Source: Lingula anatina (lineage: Eukaryota > Animalia > Brachiopoda). From it: a stretch of 64,000 nucleotides of DNA. Location of the stretch: assembly GCA_051362555.1 (NCBI GenBank), contig CM120640.1:17608001-17672000 (forward strand). Reading direction: 5' to 3'. The notes beneath the pieces were generated by a model. That model saw only the letters and a program-made list of their open reading frames with translations. It made no database searches and was not told the DNA's origin. Shown here one piece after another: positions 61,894 to 64,000 of this stretch; the first letter of the stretch is position 1, and each line of letters starts with the position of its first letter. The position numbers were made by a program, and so were the translations under genes.

Positions 61894-64000
61894 AATTCTT
61901 ACATAATTGCATAACAGCATATAGATTACGTCATGAAAAGTAGAGGAATCGTATGGAGCATACTGAAATTATAATGGATCATATCTGGAAACCTCCAATC
62001 GAAGTTTATACATTAAACTTTTTATACATTTAATTTTTTATTTTTGTCGTATCTAAAATGGAGCAATGTGCCGTGCAAAGTTTCTCAAAAATAAAATAGT
62101 GTGAAAACTAAAAGCAATAAAGGGAAATACTTTTTTCATTCTGTTTCAAAGGACACGTGTGCATATCCTGTCTGACTTAATGCACAGAAACGATTCGAAA
62201 ATGGGTACAAACATCAGTGCCATCAAATTTAATATGAAAAGGAGATAATTCGTTCGGCCCATGAAAACTCTTTCCTGCTTACACACACACGTCCAATTAA
62301 GTTGTGCATAAACGGGCAGTCCTAGACACCAGAACAATGGTCAAACAAGAGTAATCAGAAAAAATTCTCGTTGCCGGAAATGGACGCTATGCATTTTTAG
62401 ATTGAAATATTTGCACTGTGATTTCCCTGTAAAATAGCTCAATATAGATTCTATAATTGATTTTTGTAATGTTAATTTACATTTGCAATATAGTCTACTA
62501 ATATATTTTAATTACCTTTTTTGTGACTGTGTTTTGTAAAATAAATTCAAATTTTTTCTTCTACTTCTTCTTCTTATTGTTATAAGGCCCATGTGACACT
62601 CTTGCGAATTTGAAAACAAACGATTAAGTTACTCAGATTCAGAGGGTTGATATTCCACTAATATCTTTACGTCATATCATAAAATAGTATATTTTAATAT
62701 TATACTTATCAGCGTTAAAATTACAACTTTCAATTCCACGAGTTTGGCTGAACTTATTTACATGATTATAAGTTTTCTTACATCAGTATCCATTAAGATT
62801 CTCACAATTATAGTTTAAAATTGTAATTAAAATTGTAAAGGCGTTTTGCTAGGCGACCCTTCACAAAAATGCATTAGGCCTACTCTTTCAGAAACGCACA
62901 AGTGAGGCACGGCATTTTTGGAAAAAATTAGGTAAAAAAATTGTCGACAAACTGTTTTAGTGTCCCCTACAACAAGCTTCCTATGTTGATCACCTTTCCT
63001 CCCCTCATTTACAATTTGGGATTTTCACAAAATTTACGCACCTTACCCCCCCCCCCCCCCCCCTCCGAATATTTTTCATCAGCGTATCTCCTGAAAACTA
63101 GGAAGGAACTCAACTTCCTTGCAGTACATTGGTAGGAACCGAAGTGACTGCAAATTTCAGAACTGGTTATAAGTTAGAGGAAAGTACTTTGGGAGAACTT
63201 TACGCGTATAGGCCTATAGTGTCAATAATTGGTCATAAATTTAGCTACGTGAATTGTCCAGAAAAGTGCCCTGAATGCTATCGGATCCATTGATTAGAGT
63301 TTATATACTGAAATATCTGGATATGGTCCTAAAGAAGTAAAACAAACACTCGTAGACATTTGGTTGACAAAGAGACATGCACTTGGCAGGTCATTGATAG
63401 GAACTCCACGTTCACAACGTCTTATGAATATAATATAAGTTACAGTTTGTTTTGACCTGCAACAAAATGTATTATGCAATATGGTTAGTTATGCGAAGTA
63501 TACATGTAAAATTTGCATTATTAAAATGAAAAAGTTCAAGCCGATCCATTTTATTGGATTCAAATTGAAATTGTACATAATGGTTGTCACGTTACTACCG
63601 ACGACTTTTTGAAGTGCGTAGAAATTATCAATTAATACAAATCTGGAGGATAACTATTTCACCTCTACATCCAAATGCTGGCTAGAGAAGAAGAAATCAA
63701 ATATCACTTATTCAGTAAATGGTAGAGTGATATAGTGAGATGTGAAAACGGGGTGTGGTCCTCACTATACCCAAGCCAGTGTCTATTGTCTATCAGTTGT
63801 GTCGCTGAATGCGGTAGAGAAGACGTCCGATAGCGACGTTCGGTTTGCCAACGCAACATAAAAAACGCGTTTAGAAAGTTTTTGATATAGTTTGATTTCA
63901 CTGACGATGCGTAGCAGATATACATAAAAAGAGATTGCTGGCCGACAAAATTTTAATACAGACCTGTTTGGATTGCAGCAATCATTACGGAGAAGACGCC

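Noticed and set aside
63704-63925. CpG-rich minus-strand ORF at the right edge
   Set aside because: No recognisable motif or convincing splice sites. It may be promoter/UTR of a gene outside the window.
1-64000. tRNA, rRNA, prokaryotic operons or defence systems
   Set aside because: None recognised by eye. A covariance-model scan (tRNAscan-SE, Rfam) was not possible, so small ncRNAs cannot be excluded.

Overview
AT-rich, intron-rich animal genomic DNA. The repeat families suggest a mollusc-like lophotrochozoan invertebrate, which is an inference. Most ORFs in the six-frame track are spurious, so I rebuilt the genes by hand from GT-AG sites and reading phase. Gene content: (1) probable signal-peptide first exon of a gene leaving the left edge (-); (2) cholesterol 25-hydroxylase-like fatty-acid-hydroxylase gene with one coding exon (1112-2011, -); (3) a ~32 kb anoctamin/TMEM16 gene (9429-41474, +); (4) an intronless 362-aa ORF made of two long repeats (44168-45256, -); (5) a 16-exon Sec23/24-type Zn-finger + VWA gene, 'circularly permuted Ras protein 1-like' without a visible Ras domain (47982-55904, +); (6) a PLAC8/cornifelin-family gene (60837-61893, +). 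Mobile DNA: a decayed DIRS retrotransposon, two Helentron-type (HINE) elements with internal repeats, and Harbinger-, Kolobok- and hAT-like MITEs. The most notable result is the apparent combinatorial splicing of the anoctamin. It has two homologous 58-nt exons for the TM5-TM6 loop that must be mutually exclusive, two alternative first exons, and symmetric cassette exons carrying different trafficking-type motifs near clustered TGCATG sites. One of its splice donors is also tandemly multiplied. All splicing models come from sequence only and need RNA-seq.
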